Shown: positions 40,360 through 49,247 of the stretch, piece after piece | Layout: each line of letters opens with the position of its first letter | How positions within the stretch are numbered: the first letter of the stretch is position 1 | Origin: Alphaproteobacteria bacterium | GTDB lineage: Bacteria; Pseudomonadota; Alphaproteobacteria; Bin95 | DNA: 64,000 nucleotides | Reading direction: 5' to 3' | NCBI GenBank assembly: GCA_965205265.1 | Contig: CBDBGH010000003.1 | Span: forward strand, 1,184,001 to 1,248,000 | Position numbers and translations under genes: made by a program | Notes under the pieces: model-generated | Database searches by the model: none | What the model was told of the DNA's origin: nothing | What the model saw: only the letters and a program-made list of their open reading frames with translations

Positions 40360-40815
40360 TCAATCCCAGAAGCGCTCGCGCTCGGCCCGGTCGCGGTATG
40401 TGCGGGCGTGGCGGGCGGTGCGCTCGGGCGCGAAATCGAGCTGGCCGAGCGCCACGGCGATGTCGAGCAGTTCGTCATAGCGCGCGATCAGACCGTCCCG
40501 GAGGCGGAAGCGCGACATGCCCTCCACGACCACCCGGCGCCCGGCCGCGCCTGCCAACCGCGAGCGGTAGCCGAACAGCCAGGACGCATAGCCGGTCCCG
40601 CCCGCCTCGCAGACATCCCGGAACCGCCAGCGGAAGCCCTCCGCATCGCGCCAGAAATAGTTCTCCAGCATGTCTGCAATGGCATCCCGGCCCTCGAACG
40701 CGCCGTAGAAGGTGTCGTGGTAAATGCCGTCCTTCGTAAAGCAGGCGGCCAGCGCCCGCCCGTCCCCCGCCTCCACGGCGGCGGCGAAGCCGGGCAGCAG
40801 GATTTTCAGCGCCAT
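40360..40815 (-). CDS. SnoaL/NTF2-like protein
   Basis: CFTKDGIYHD..YG.FEGR.AI and GMSRFRLRDGLIARY pattern. Confidence 0.85.
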   Translation of the reverse strand: MALKILLPGFAAAVEAGDGRALAACFTKDGIYHDTFYGAFEGRDAIADMLENYFWRDAEGFRWRFRDVCEAGGTGYASWLFGYRSRLAGAAGRRVVVEGMSRFRLRDGLIARYDELLDIAVALGQLDFAPERTARHARTYRDRAERERFWD

Positions 40816-40946
40816 CGCAATTTCCCTTTCCGGAGCGGGCCGCGTCCAATGTTTCCGCATCGTGCTCTGATAGAGCTTGTGACGGCAAGGTGTAACAGCG
40901 GCAGTGAATCGTTGAGATTCTGCTGATGTTGTTTACCTATCATTAA

Positions 40947-40998
40947 ATGTCGCTTATATGTCGCTAGTCTGGCGCTTCAATTGCGCTATAGTGTCGTC
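40947..40998 (+). promoter_or_regulatory. Array of five 11-bp-phased imperfect direct repeats upstream of the XRE gene
   Basis: ATGTCGCT 40947, ATGTCGCT 40958, CTGGCGCT 40969, ATTGCGCT 40980, GTGTCGTC 40991. Confidence 0.5.
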
Positions 40999-41068
40999 GG
41001 CACATCTACTGGAACCAACTATGGTCGTATATTCGAAAACCAAACGCATAAAGCGGAGGAGATCAACC

Positions 41069-41707
41069 ATGACGTTAGATGGTGAAAAAGTAAGGCGAGC
41101 GCGAGAAGCAAAAGGGCTTTCTCAGGAAAAGCTTGCTGCAATGTCCGATGTGAACAAACGTACAGTCCAACGGGCCGAAGCAGGAAAACCCGTGGCACGT
41201 GAAACGGCGTCCTTTATGGCGGAAGCACTGGAGGTACCAGTGGACCAGTTGTGCATTAGCGATACGGCGACGAACGGTGCCCCGAAGGCAGCACTGGGTG
41301 AAGTCGTTTTGATCCCCACAATATCCGGTAGAAGAATCATCAACGAAATTCGCCGTTGCTCAAACGTACGGATCGATTACGAGGTAGAACCAGCTTCTGA
41401 GAATATCGATCTGCTAACAATGCTGCACGATAACCTTGAAAAGAAGCTGCCATCGAACGATATCGAGATATTGCGCCGTCAAGCCGACTTGAATGGAATC
41501 TTGCAAAAACTCTCTATTTTTGAGATTCGAGTTTTTCTGTCTGTGTACTGGGCTGATCGCGAGATCATTCATTATAATCCCTTTGAACCTCACCAAATAG
41601 TTGGCCGAGATGAAGAACATATAGAAGTAGCGTTGGTGGTCGTCTCTGATACAAAAGACGACTACATGATCCGCCGACCGGACGACTTGTCCGATATACC
41701 CTTTTGA
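41069..41707 (+). CDS. XRE-family HTH protein with unknown C-terminal domain (low-GC, probably acquired)
   Basis: KVRRAREAKGLSQEKLA...KRTVQRAEAG HTH; GGAGG RBS; AT-rich codons unlike the flanks. Confidence 0.85.
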   Translation: MTLDGEKVRRAREAKGLSQEKLAAMSDVNKRTVQRAEAGKPVARETASFMAEALEVPVDQLCISDTATNGAPKAALGEVVLIPTISGRRIINEIRRCSNVRIDYEVEPASENIDLLTMLHDNLEKKLPSNDIEILRRQADLNGILQKLSIFEIRVFLSVYWADREIIHYNPFEPHQIVGRDEEHIEVALVVVSDTKDDYMIRRPDDLSDIPF

Positions 41708-41891
41708 GTAAAGCATGTAGGCATTTGACAATGCATGGGCTGTGACTGCGTCATATGAGAGGCAACTCGACCGTTATTCCTTCCTCAGCCTGTGCTGAAA
41801 CACTACCCCCAGTGCTGGGAGATACTGGCGGGCAAGCGTTGCCATACGAGCAAGTTTATGATTGCAGTTCGAAGATTTCCTTCGATTGCTC

Positions 41892-43409
41892 TCACATCAC
41901 CGCGCCGACCTGCCAGGGGATGAACTCGGCCGCGCCGAGGCCCTGGGCTTCGGACTTGGTGGCTTCGCCGGAGGCGACGGCGAGGAACTTGTCGAAAATC
42001 TCGCTGCCGACCTCGGCCACGCTCGCCGCGCCGTCGGTTATCGTGCCGCAATTGATGTCCATGTCCTCTTCGAGGCGGCGATACATCTCGGTGTTGGTGG
42101 CGAGCTTGATCGAGGGCACGGGCTTGTTGCCATAGACGGAGCCGCGCCCGGTGGTGAAGCAGACCAAGTTCGCGCCGGACGCCACCTGCCCGGTGATCGA
42201 GCAGGGGTCGTAGCCGGGGCTGTCCATGAACACGAAGCCCTTGCGGTCGATGGGTTCGCCATAGCGGTAAACCCCGGCGAGATTGGTGGTGCCGCCCTTG
42301 GCGGCCGCGCCCAGCGACTTCTCCAGGATGGTCGTGAGCCCGCCCGCCTTGTTGCCGGGAGAGGGGTTGTTGTTCATCTCGCCGCCATTGCGCGCCGTGT
42401 AATCCTCCCACCAGCGGATGCGCTCGATGAGCTTGCGCCCGGTGCGCTCGTCCACGGCCCGGCGGGTCAGCAGATGCTCCGCGCCGTAGATTTCCGGCGT
42501 CTCGGCCAGCACCCCGGTGCCGCCGTGGCGGACCAGACTGTCCACCGCCGCGCCGAGCGCCGGGTTGGCGGTGATGCCGGAATAGCCGTCCGAGCCGCCG
42601 CATTGCAGCGCAACCGTGAGCTCGGACGCGGCGACGGGTTGGCGCCTGGCGCGGTCCGCCTCCGGCAGCATCTCGCGGATGAGGTCGCGGCCCCGCTCCA
42701 CCGTGCGCCTGAGCCCGCCGGTCTCCTGGATGTTCATGGTGCTGAGGAAGGGGCCGCGCTCGAGGCCGTAGGCTTCCAGCAGGAAGTCGATCTGGTTGAC
42801 CTCGCAGCCGAGCCCGACCAGCACGATGCCGGCGAAATTCGGGTGGCGCGCATGACCCCAGAGCACGCGCTGGAGGTTCTCGTAGCCGTCTCCCGCCCCG
42901 GCCATGCCGCAGCCGGTGGCGTGGGTGAGGGCCACGACGCCGTCCACATGCGGATAATCCGCGAGAATGCGGTCCTCGACCGCCTCGGCGATGAAGCGCG
43001 CGGCGGTGGCCGAGCAGTTCACGCTGGTCAGCACGCCGATATAGTTCCTTGTGCCGACCCGGCCATTGGCGCGCAGATAGCCCTGGAAGCTCGCCCGCTC
43101 GCCTTCCGGCACGAAATCGACCGGCTTCGTCTCCCGGCCGATGGCGTAATCGCGCTCGAAATCGCCCATGGCGCAATTGTGGACATGAACATGCGCGCCG
43201 GCCTCCACCGGCTCGCTCGCAAAGCCGATGATCTGGTCGTATTTGCGCACCGGCTCGCCCGCCGCAATCGGGCGCGTGGCGATCTTGTGGCCCGCAGGCA
43301 CGACATCGAGCGCCGTGACGCCTTCGCCCGGAAGCTCCGTTCCGGAGAGGATATCAATGCGCGCGACGACCACATTGTCTTCGGGCGCAAGGCGGATGGA
43401 GAGGGTCAT
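41892..43409 (-). CDS. UxaA/GarD-family dehydratase (altronate/galactarate dehydratase-like)
   Basis: SAF domain GHKIA, VGTRNY, HATGCG, QCGGSD, NPSPGNKAGG and FTTGRG motifs. Confidence 0.92.
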   Translation of the reverse strand: MTLSIRLAPEDNVVVARIDILSGTELPGEGVTALDVVPAGHKIATRPIAAGEPVRKYDQIIGFASEPVEAGAHVHVHNCAMGDFERDYAIGRETKPVDFVPEGERASFQGYLRANGRVGTRNYIGVLTSVNCSATAARFIAEAVEDRILADYPHVDGVVALTHATGCGMAGAGDGYENLQRVLWGHARHPNFAGIVLVGLGCEVNQIDFLLEAYGLERGPFLSTMNIQETGGLRRTVERGRDLIREMLPEADRARRQPVAASELTVALQCGGSDGYSGITANPALGAAVDSLVRHGGTGVLAETPEIYGAEHLLTRRAVDERTGRKLIERIRWWEDYTARNGGEMNNNPSPGNKAGGLTTILEKSLGAAAKGGTTNLAGVYRYGEPIDRKGFVFMDSPGYDPCSITGQVASGANLVCFTTGRGSVYGNKPVPSIKLATNTEMYRRLEEDMDINCGTITDGAASVAEVGSEIFDKFLAVASGEATKSEAQGLGAAEFIPWQVGAVM

Positions 43410-43424
43410 GGGCGGAGGCGCCTC

Positions 43425-44756
43425 CTAAGCGGCGAGAAGGTTGTGGAGTTCGCCGGCGCGGCCCGGCGCATCGAAGTCCCAGGCGAGTACGCTCAGCGTC
43501 GCTGCCGCATCGCCCAGCGCCGGTTCGGCGAGCGAGCGGAACTTGGCTTCCAGGTCGGCGCGGGAGAGCGGGTTGCCCGGATTGCCGCGCGCCATGGCCG
43601 TTTCGCGCCGGTCGGTCGCGCCGTCGAGCCACTGGACCTCCAGCGCCGCCGAGCGCGTGTCCCGGCCGGGTTCGGCCACCGGCTCGACGCGGGCGAGCAC
43701 CGAGCGCAGATCCGGGTCGGCCAGCGTTTCGGCGGTGAAATCGCCTTCCACCGCCGGGCGGCCGGCAAGGCCCAGCGCCGTGCAGAAGGCGAGGCTGAAC
43801 TTGCCTTCGAGCGGGGTTTGCGGGTCCGCCTTGCCGGCAAGCCGGATCGCGGCGGGATTGACGCGCAGCTCGATACGCCGGGCCTCGCGGCCGGCCGCCT
43901 CGGGCGCAAGCGACCGCGCGGCGTCGATGACCGGGTGGGTCAGCAGGCAGGCGGCATAGGGTTTGACCGTGTTGCGCAGCAGCTCCCAGCCGTCGTCGAA
44001 ATCCACCGCGCCGATGGCCGCCGCGCCGTCCTGCACCAGCGCGCTGCCGAGCCCGCCTTCGGCTTCCAGCAGGGCCTCGGACGCCTCGAAGCCGGCGGCC
44101 GCGAGTTCCGCCGCCAGCACGCCGTTCATCGCCGCCTTGCCGGCATGGAAGGGCTTGGCATGGGTGCCGAAGGAGCCCGTCAGGCCGCCGGCCTGCGTGG
44201 CGGCGGCGCCGAGCGCGCGGGCGATGCCGTCCTCGTCGAGCCGCAGCAGCACGGCCGCGGCGACCGCCGCGCCGAGCGCGCCGAAAATGCCGGTGGAATG
44301 CCAGCCGCGCAGATTGGCCACACCGCCGATGCCGTTGCCGAGCCGCGCGCCCGCCTCGAAGCCGGCGATGAAGGCGGCCGTCATGTCCCGGCCCTCGGCG
44401 CCGGTCTGCTGCCCCACGGCCAGCGCCGCGGACCAGACGGGCGCGGAGAGATGCGCCGTCGCGCCCACATGGGTGTCGTCATAGTCCAGGCAGTGGGCGA
44501 AGGTGCCGTTCACGAGTGCCGCCCCGGCCGCGCAGGTCGTGCCGCCGAGCGCGATGCGCGCCCCGCCTTCGGCCCGCCAGCCCTCGACGACGCGGCGCAC
44601 CGCCCTGCCGCCCGGCTCGCCGAGCGCGCCGAGCGTGACGCCCAGCGTGTCTAGCAGGCAGGCCCTGGCCGCTTCCATGACCTCGGGCGGCCAGTTCCGG
44701 CCGGGGGCCGCCGCCGCCCATGACGCCACGCGCCGGATCGTTTCGTTTTCGCTCAT
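43425..44756 (-). CDS. MmgE/PrpD-family protein
   Basis: LLDTLG, NGTFAHCLDYDDTH, GWH.TG, KPFHAG, KPYAAC and GKFS motifs. Confidence 0.92.
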   Translation of the reverse strand: MSENETIRRVASWAAAAPGRNWPPEVMEAARACLLDTLGVTLGALGEPGGRAVRRVVEGWRAEGGARIALGGTTCAAGAALVNGTFAHCLDYDDTHVGATAHLSAPVWSAALAVGQQTGAEGRDMTAAFIAGFEAGARLGNGIGGVANLRGWHSTGIFGALGAAVAAAVLLRLDEDGIARALGAAATQAGGLTGSFGTHAKPFHAGKAAMNGVLAAELAAAGFEASEALLEAEGGLGSALVQDGAAAIGAVDFDDGWELLRNTVKPYAACLLTHPVIDAARSLAPEAAGREARRIELRVNPAAIRLAGKADPQTPLEGKFSLAFCTALGLAGRPAVEGDFTAETLADPDLRSVLARVEPVAEPGRDTRSAALEVQWLDGATDRRETAMARGNPGNPLSRADLEAKFRSLAEPALGDAAATLSVLAWDFDAPGRAGELHNLLAA

Positions 44757-44779
44757 CTTCCCGTCCGTCCTCCCTCGCG

Positions 44780-45256
44780 TCACGGCGCGACGCAGGCGCC
44801 CCAGACCTCGTCGCTCTTCAGCCAGCCCTTGTGGCCCTCCTTCGCAACCCTGCACCAGCCCTCGCGGCGTTCGAGCACCGTGACCACCACGCCCCGCTCC
44901 AGCTTGGCCACGCCCCGGGCGCCCGCCTCCGGCGACCGCCGGAGCAGCCGGTCCGCGGTCGTCACGATGGCGCGGGGCCAGTCCGCCAGCAGATGCGCGC
45001 TCATCCAGCCCGTCTCGCCCCTGGGGTCCTCGACCTTCCGCCAGTTGAAATGCTCCTTGACGATCCGCACCGGCAGGCCCCGCTCCTCATAGCGCCAGAG
45101 CACGGGATAGTTCATGCTCGGCCCGACGCGGAGATTGGCCTCGGTGGCGCGGATCGCGGCGTATCGCGGCAGGGGCAGGCCGGTGAGCCGTTCGCCCGCC
45201 GCGGCGGCGCTGCAGAGGCAGAGGGCTGCGATGACGCTGCTTCGCAATGCCGTCAT
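44780..45256 (-). CDS. Secreted tandem bacterial SH3-domain protein
   Basis: Signal peptide plus TGLPLPRY..ANLRVGP..YPVLW and GWCRV..GW. Confidence 0.85.
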   Translation of the reverse strand: MTALRSSVIAALCLCSAAAAGERLTGLPLPRYAAIRATEANLRVGPSMNYPVLWRYEERGLPVRIVKEHFNWRKVEDPRGETGWMSAHLLADWPRAIVTTADRLLRRSPEAGARGVAKLERGVVVTVLERREGWCRVAKEGHKGWLKSDEVWGACVAP

Positions 45257-46464
45257 CGCCTCGCCTCCGGCCAGACAACGAGCGCCAGCGCCAGCATCGC
45301 CAGCCCCTCGACGGCGACGACCGTGACGGCCGTCCAGGCGCCCAGCCATTCCGCGAGCAGGCCCATATGCAGGAAGCCGATCGGCCCCGTGCCGATGCAG
45401 ATGGTCAGCGCGCCCATGGCGCGGTTGCGCATTTCCGGGCTCGCGCCGAGATAGGTCAGGGTCGCTTGCATGGTCGCGAAGCAGGCGCCTCCGATGCCGG
45501 CCGTGACCAGAATTGTGCCAGAAAGCAGGAACCAGGGCGAGGCCACGAACACGATGGCGGACACCATGTAGGACGCAACCCCGAAGACATAGATGCGCCG
45601 GAACCAGACGGCGCGGCCGAGCCAGGCGATGCCGAGCGCGCCAATGAGCGCGCCCAGCCCCTCGGCGCTCTGCAGCACGCCCACTGGGAACGCCGAGAGG
45701 CCGAGCGCCTCCTTCCCGATCACCGGCACCATCGAGGTCATCGGGAAGCCCCAGACATTGAAGATGACGGTGACGGCCAGGGTGGCGACCAGCGGGCGGT
45801 TGGTGCGGATGTAGCGGAAGCCGTCGCGAAGCGCGGTCAGCACGCCGGCGGGCGCCGCGCCCGTCCGCGCGTCGGTCCCGACACGCACGCGCGCCATGAG
45901 CAGCAGCGAGAGGAGATTGATGGCGGCGCCGGCGAAGAACGTCCCGGAAATGCCGATGCCCTCCAGCAGCGCCCCGCCCGCAAGCGGACCGAGCATCCGG
46001 GTCGCATTGTTGGTGGCGGCGTCGAACCCCATCGCCTGGGCGACCCGGCCGTCGCCGGCAATGTCGCCCAGCATGGTGCGCCGCAGCGGCATTTCGCCGG
46101 ACCAGATCATGCCGTTGAGGAACGCGCCCGCCGCGACATGCCAGACCTCCAGCGCGCCGAGCGCGGCCAGTGCGCCCAGCAACACCGAGTTTGCGATCAA
46201 CACGCCGAGCCCCGCCATCACCACGGCCCGGCGGTCGAACCGCTCGGCCAGCGAGCCGGCGAGCGCGCCGAACAGCATGAGCGGCAGGAACCGCAGCACG
46301 AACATCAGCGTCACGTCGAATGCGGAGCCGGTGCGATCGAACACCCACACGCCGACCGCCAGAATCTCCAGCCAGCGGTTCACATTGGAGAGCGCGCCCG
46401 AAACCCAGACGCGCCGGAACGCGACATTGCCGATGAGTGCGAAGGGACTTATTGTGCCGGCCAT
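45253..46464 (-). CDS. MFS transporter
   Basis: About 12 TM segments with GSLAERFDRR motif A, LGPLAGG and MRNRAMG. Confidence 0.9.
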   Translation of the reverse strand: MAGTISPFALIGNVAFRRVWVSGALSNVNRWLEILAVGVWVFDRTGSAFDVTLMFVLRFLPLMLFGALAGSLAERFDRRAVVMAGLGVLIANSVLLGALAALGALEVWHVAAGAFLNGMIWSGEMPLRRTMLGDIAGDGRVAQAMGFDAATNNATRMLGPLAGGALLEGIGISGTFFAGAAINLLSLLLMARVRVGTDARTGAAPAGVLTALRDGFRYIRTNRPLVATLAVTVIFNVWGFPMTSMVPVIGKEALGLSAFPVGVLQSAEGLGALIGALGIAWLGRAVWFRRIYVFGVASYMVSAIVFVASPWFLLSGTILVTAGIGGACFATMQATLTYLGASPEMRNRAMGALTICIGTGPIGFLHMGLLAEWLGAWTAVTVVAVEGLAMLALALVVWPEARR

Positions 46465-46562
46465 AGGATATGCAAACCCCACCCGCGTTCCGGGCGCAAT
46501 CCCGAAAGCCGGCCCGGCCGCCGGATTACGGGCGCTCCCTGCCCGTATCGGGAAAGGCCGAT

Positions 46563-47780
46563 ATGCTTTACGCGCTTCACGAGATGCAGCGCCTCGCCTG
46601 GGCGCCGGCGCGCATGATGGCCGAGGCCGGCCGGCAGGCGGCGTCCAACCCTCTCCACCCGATGTCCTGGCACCCTGCCGGACGCGCCGTCGGCGCGGCC
46701 TGCGAACTGTTCGAGCGCGCGAGCCGCAAGCACGGCAAGCCGGAATTCGCCATCCGCCAGGTGCTGAGCGGCGGCGTTCCGCTTGCCGTGCGGGAAGAGG
46801 CGGTCCTTTCCGGGCCGTTCTGCGACCTGCTGCATTTCAGGCGCGAGGGCCGCACGGGAGACCCCGTCGTGCTGGTGGTGGCACCGCTTTCCGGCCATTT
46901 CGCCACGTTGCTTCGCGACACGGTGCGCGGGCTGCTCGCGGAGCATGACGCCTATATCACCGACTGGCAGGACGCCCGGCAGGTGCCGGCGAGCCGCGGG
47001 CCGTTCACGCTCGACGACTACATCGACACGCTGCTGGAGTTCCTGGCGCGGCTGGGGCCGGATGTGCATCTCGTCGCCGTTTGCCAGCCCTCCGTGCCGG
47101 CGCTTGCGGCAACGGCGCTGCTGGCCGCCTCGGGAAAGGCCGCGCCGCGTTCGCTCGTGCTGATGGGCGGGCCGATCGACACCCGCACCGGCGTCACGAA
47201 GGTCAACGAGTTCGCCAAGTCGCACAGCCGGCGCTGGTTCGAGCAGATGCTGATCCAGACCGTGCCGCCGCCCTATCCGGGCTTCGGGCGCCGGGTCTAT
47301 CCGGGCTTCATGCAGCTTTCGGGCTTCATGGGCATGAACCTCGACCGCCATGTCGGCGCGCATCTGCGCATGTTCGAGCATCTGGTGACGGGGGACGGCG
47401 AGAGCGCGGAGGCCCATCGCCGCTTCTACGACGAATATCTGGCGGTCATGGACATGCCGGCGGAATACTTCCTGGAGACGGTGGAACGGGTTTTCCAGGA
47501 ACACCACCTGCCGCGCGGGCTGTTCACCCATCGCGGTGTGGCGGTGGACACGGCGGCGATATGCGATACCGCGCTGATGACCGTCGAAGGCGAACGCGAC
47601 GACATTTCGGGGGTCGGCCAGACGGAGGCCGCCCACCGCCTCTGCCCGAACGTGCCGGCGGAACGCCGCCGCCACCGCCTGCAGGCCCGGGTCGGCCATT
47701 ACGGCATCTTCAACGGGCGCCGATGGCGGCACGAGATCCTGCCCGATATCGCCGATTTCATCCGCGCCGCGCGAAGCTGA
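46563..47780 (+). CDS. phaZ: Intracellular polyhydroxyalkanoate depolymerase
   Basis: VAPLSGHFATLLR, AVCQP, GGPID, VEGERDDISG.GQT and GHYGIFNG motifs. Confidence 0.93.
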   Translation: MLYALHEMQRLAWAPARMMAEAGRQAASNPLHPMSWHPAGRAVGAACELFERASRKHGKPEFAIRQVLSGGVPLAVREEAVLSGPFCDLLHFRREGRTGDPVVLVVAPLSGHFATLLRDTVRGLLAEHDAYITDWQDARQVPASRGPFTLDDYIDTLLEFLARLGPDVHLVAVCQPSVPALAATALLAASGKAAPRSLVLMGGPIDTRTGVTKVNEFAKSHSRRWFEQMLIQTVPPPYPGFGRRVYPGFMQLSGFMGMNLDRHVGAHLRMFEHLVTGDGESAEAHRRFYDEYLAVMDMPAEYFLETVERVFQEHHLPRGLFTHRGVAVDTAAICDTALMTVEGERDDISGVGQTEAAHRLCPNVPAERRRHRLQARVGHYGIFNGRRWRHEILPDIADFIRAARS

Positions 47781-47795
47781 GGAGCCCGGACCCCG

Positions 47796-48719
47796 ATGAA
47801 CGATGTCCTGCAGACCGACGAACCGCGGGGCGTTGCGGTTGCAACCCTGACGCCCATGACACCGGAGCTCGAGCCGGATTTTGACCGCTTCGCGGCCCAT
47901 TGCCGGCGGATGCTGGAGCGGGGCGCCGACCTGCTGGCGGTTCTCGGCACGACGGGCGAGGCGAATTCGCTCGGCGTGGACGAGAAGCTCCGCCTTCTGG
48001 ATGCGCTCGGCGAGTCGGACATACCCGGCGGGACCCTGCTGCCCGGCACCGGGACCTGCTCCATCGCGGACACGGTGATCCTGACGCGGAAGGCGCTGGA
48101 GGTCGGCTCGGCCGGCGTCGTCATGCTGCCGCCCTTCTACTACAAGGGCGTGTCGGATGCGGGACTGCATGCCGCCTATGAGGAGGTCGTCCAGCGCGTG
48201 GGCGACCCGCGGCTCAGGATCTATTTCTACAACTTCCCCTTCAATTCCGGCGTGCCGATCTCGCACGACCTGATCGAGGGCCTGCTTGCCGCCTATCCGG
48301 GCACGATCGCCGGCATCAAGGACAGCTCCGGCGATCTCGACAACATGCTGGCGATGTGCAGGCGCTTCCCCGGCTTCGGCGTGTTTGCAGGTTCCGAACA
48401 GTTCCTGCTGCCGGTGCTGGAGGCGGGCGGCGCCGGCTGCATCTCCGCGACGGCGAATGTCACCATAGGCCTCTGCGCCGAGGTGCTGGCCGCGGCAAGG
48501 GCCGGCGAGGACGCCGGCACCCTGCAGGAGAGGCTTTCCGCCTGGCGCCTGGCGATCCAGTCGCAACCCCTGATTCCGGCGCTCAAGGCGATTGTGGCCC
48601 GGGGGACGGGCGACGATGAATGGCTGGCGCTCCGGCCGCCGCTGACGGCCCTGGACGCGGCGTCCGGCGCTGCGCTGGACGAGGCGCTCGACGCGGCCGG
48701 AGTCGGCAGGGCGGCCTGA
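47796..48719 (+). CDS. Dihydrodipicolinate synthase family aldolase
   Basis: GTTGE, LPPFYY, YNFP and GIKDSSGD motifs. Confidence 0.9.
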   Translation: MNDVLQTDEPRGVAVATLTPMTPELEPDFDRFAAHCRRMLERGADLLAVLGTTGEANSLGVDEKLRLLDALGESDIPGGTLLPGTGTCSIADTVILTRKALEVGSAGVVMLPPFYYKGVSDAGLHAAYEEVVQRVGDPRLRIYFYNFPFNSGVPISHDLIEGLLAAYPGTIAGIKDSSGDLDNMLAMCRRFPGFGVFAGSEQFLLPVLEAGGAGCISATANVTIGLCAEVLAAARAGEDAGTLQERLSAWRLAIQSQPLIPALKAIVARGTGDDEWLALRPPLTALDAASGAALDEALDAAGVGRAA

Positions 48720-48827
48720 GGCGCGCATGACGCTGCGGGTGCACGTCCTGATTTTGCGAGGTTGAGAAATGCCATGGTTTCGCCACGATATCTGTTTCTT
48801 ATATTCGGGGGGCAGATGGAGGCGGAC

Positions 48828-49247
48828 ATGGCCAGGACCGATCACGACGGCCTCGTCGAACAGCGTGGCGAGCTGCTGCGGGAGATTGCGGGCATCGGCG
48901 ACCTCCGTCAGGGTTCGCTCAGGGCACAGTACCGCAAGTGCGGCAAACCGAACTGCCATTGCGCGGTCGAGGGGGCGCAGGGGCATGGCCCCTACTGGTT
49001 GTTGACTTGGCCGGACAGGGAGACAGGGAAGTCCCGCGGCCGCACCGTTCCCGCCGACGCCATTGAGGGAACGCGGGCGCAGATCGCGGAATACCAGCGG
49101 CTTCGCGGTCTGGTGCGCGCGCTTGTCGAGGTCAGCGGCCGGATATGCGATGCCAGGCTGGACGCGGACAAGCCGGCCGCGCCGGGAAAAAGGGGGGTCT
49201 CGACGCAGCGATCGCGGAGGAGGTCGAGGCCGAGGTCGAGTGGCTGA
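48828..49247 (+). CDS. IS ORF1 (DUF6788-like, CGKPNC.C...HGPY motif)
   Basis: GSL...YRKCGKPNCHC...GHGPYW; GGAGG RBS. Confidence 0.8.
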   Translation: MARTDHDGLVEQRGELLREIAGIGDLRQGSLRAQYRKCGKPNCHCAVEGAQGHGPYWLLTWPDRETGKSRGRTVPADAIEGTRAQIAEYQRLRGLVRALVEVSGRICDARLDADKPAAPGKRGVSTQRSRRRSRPRSSG

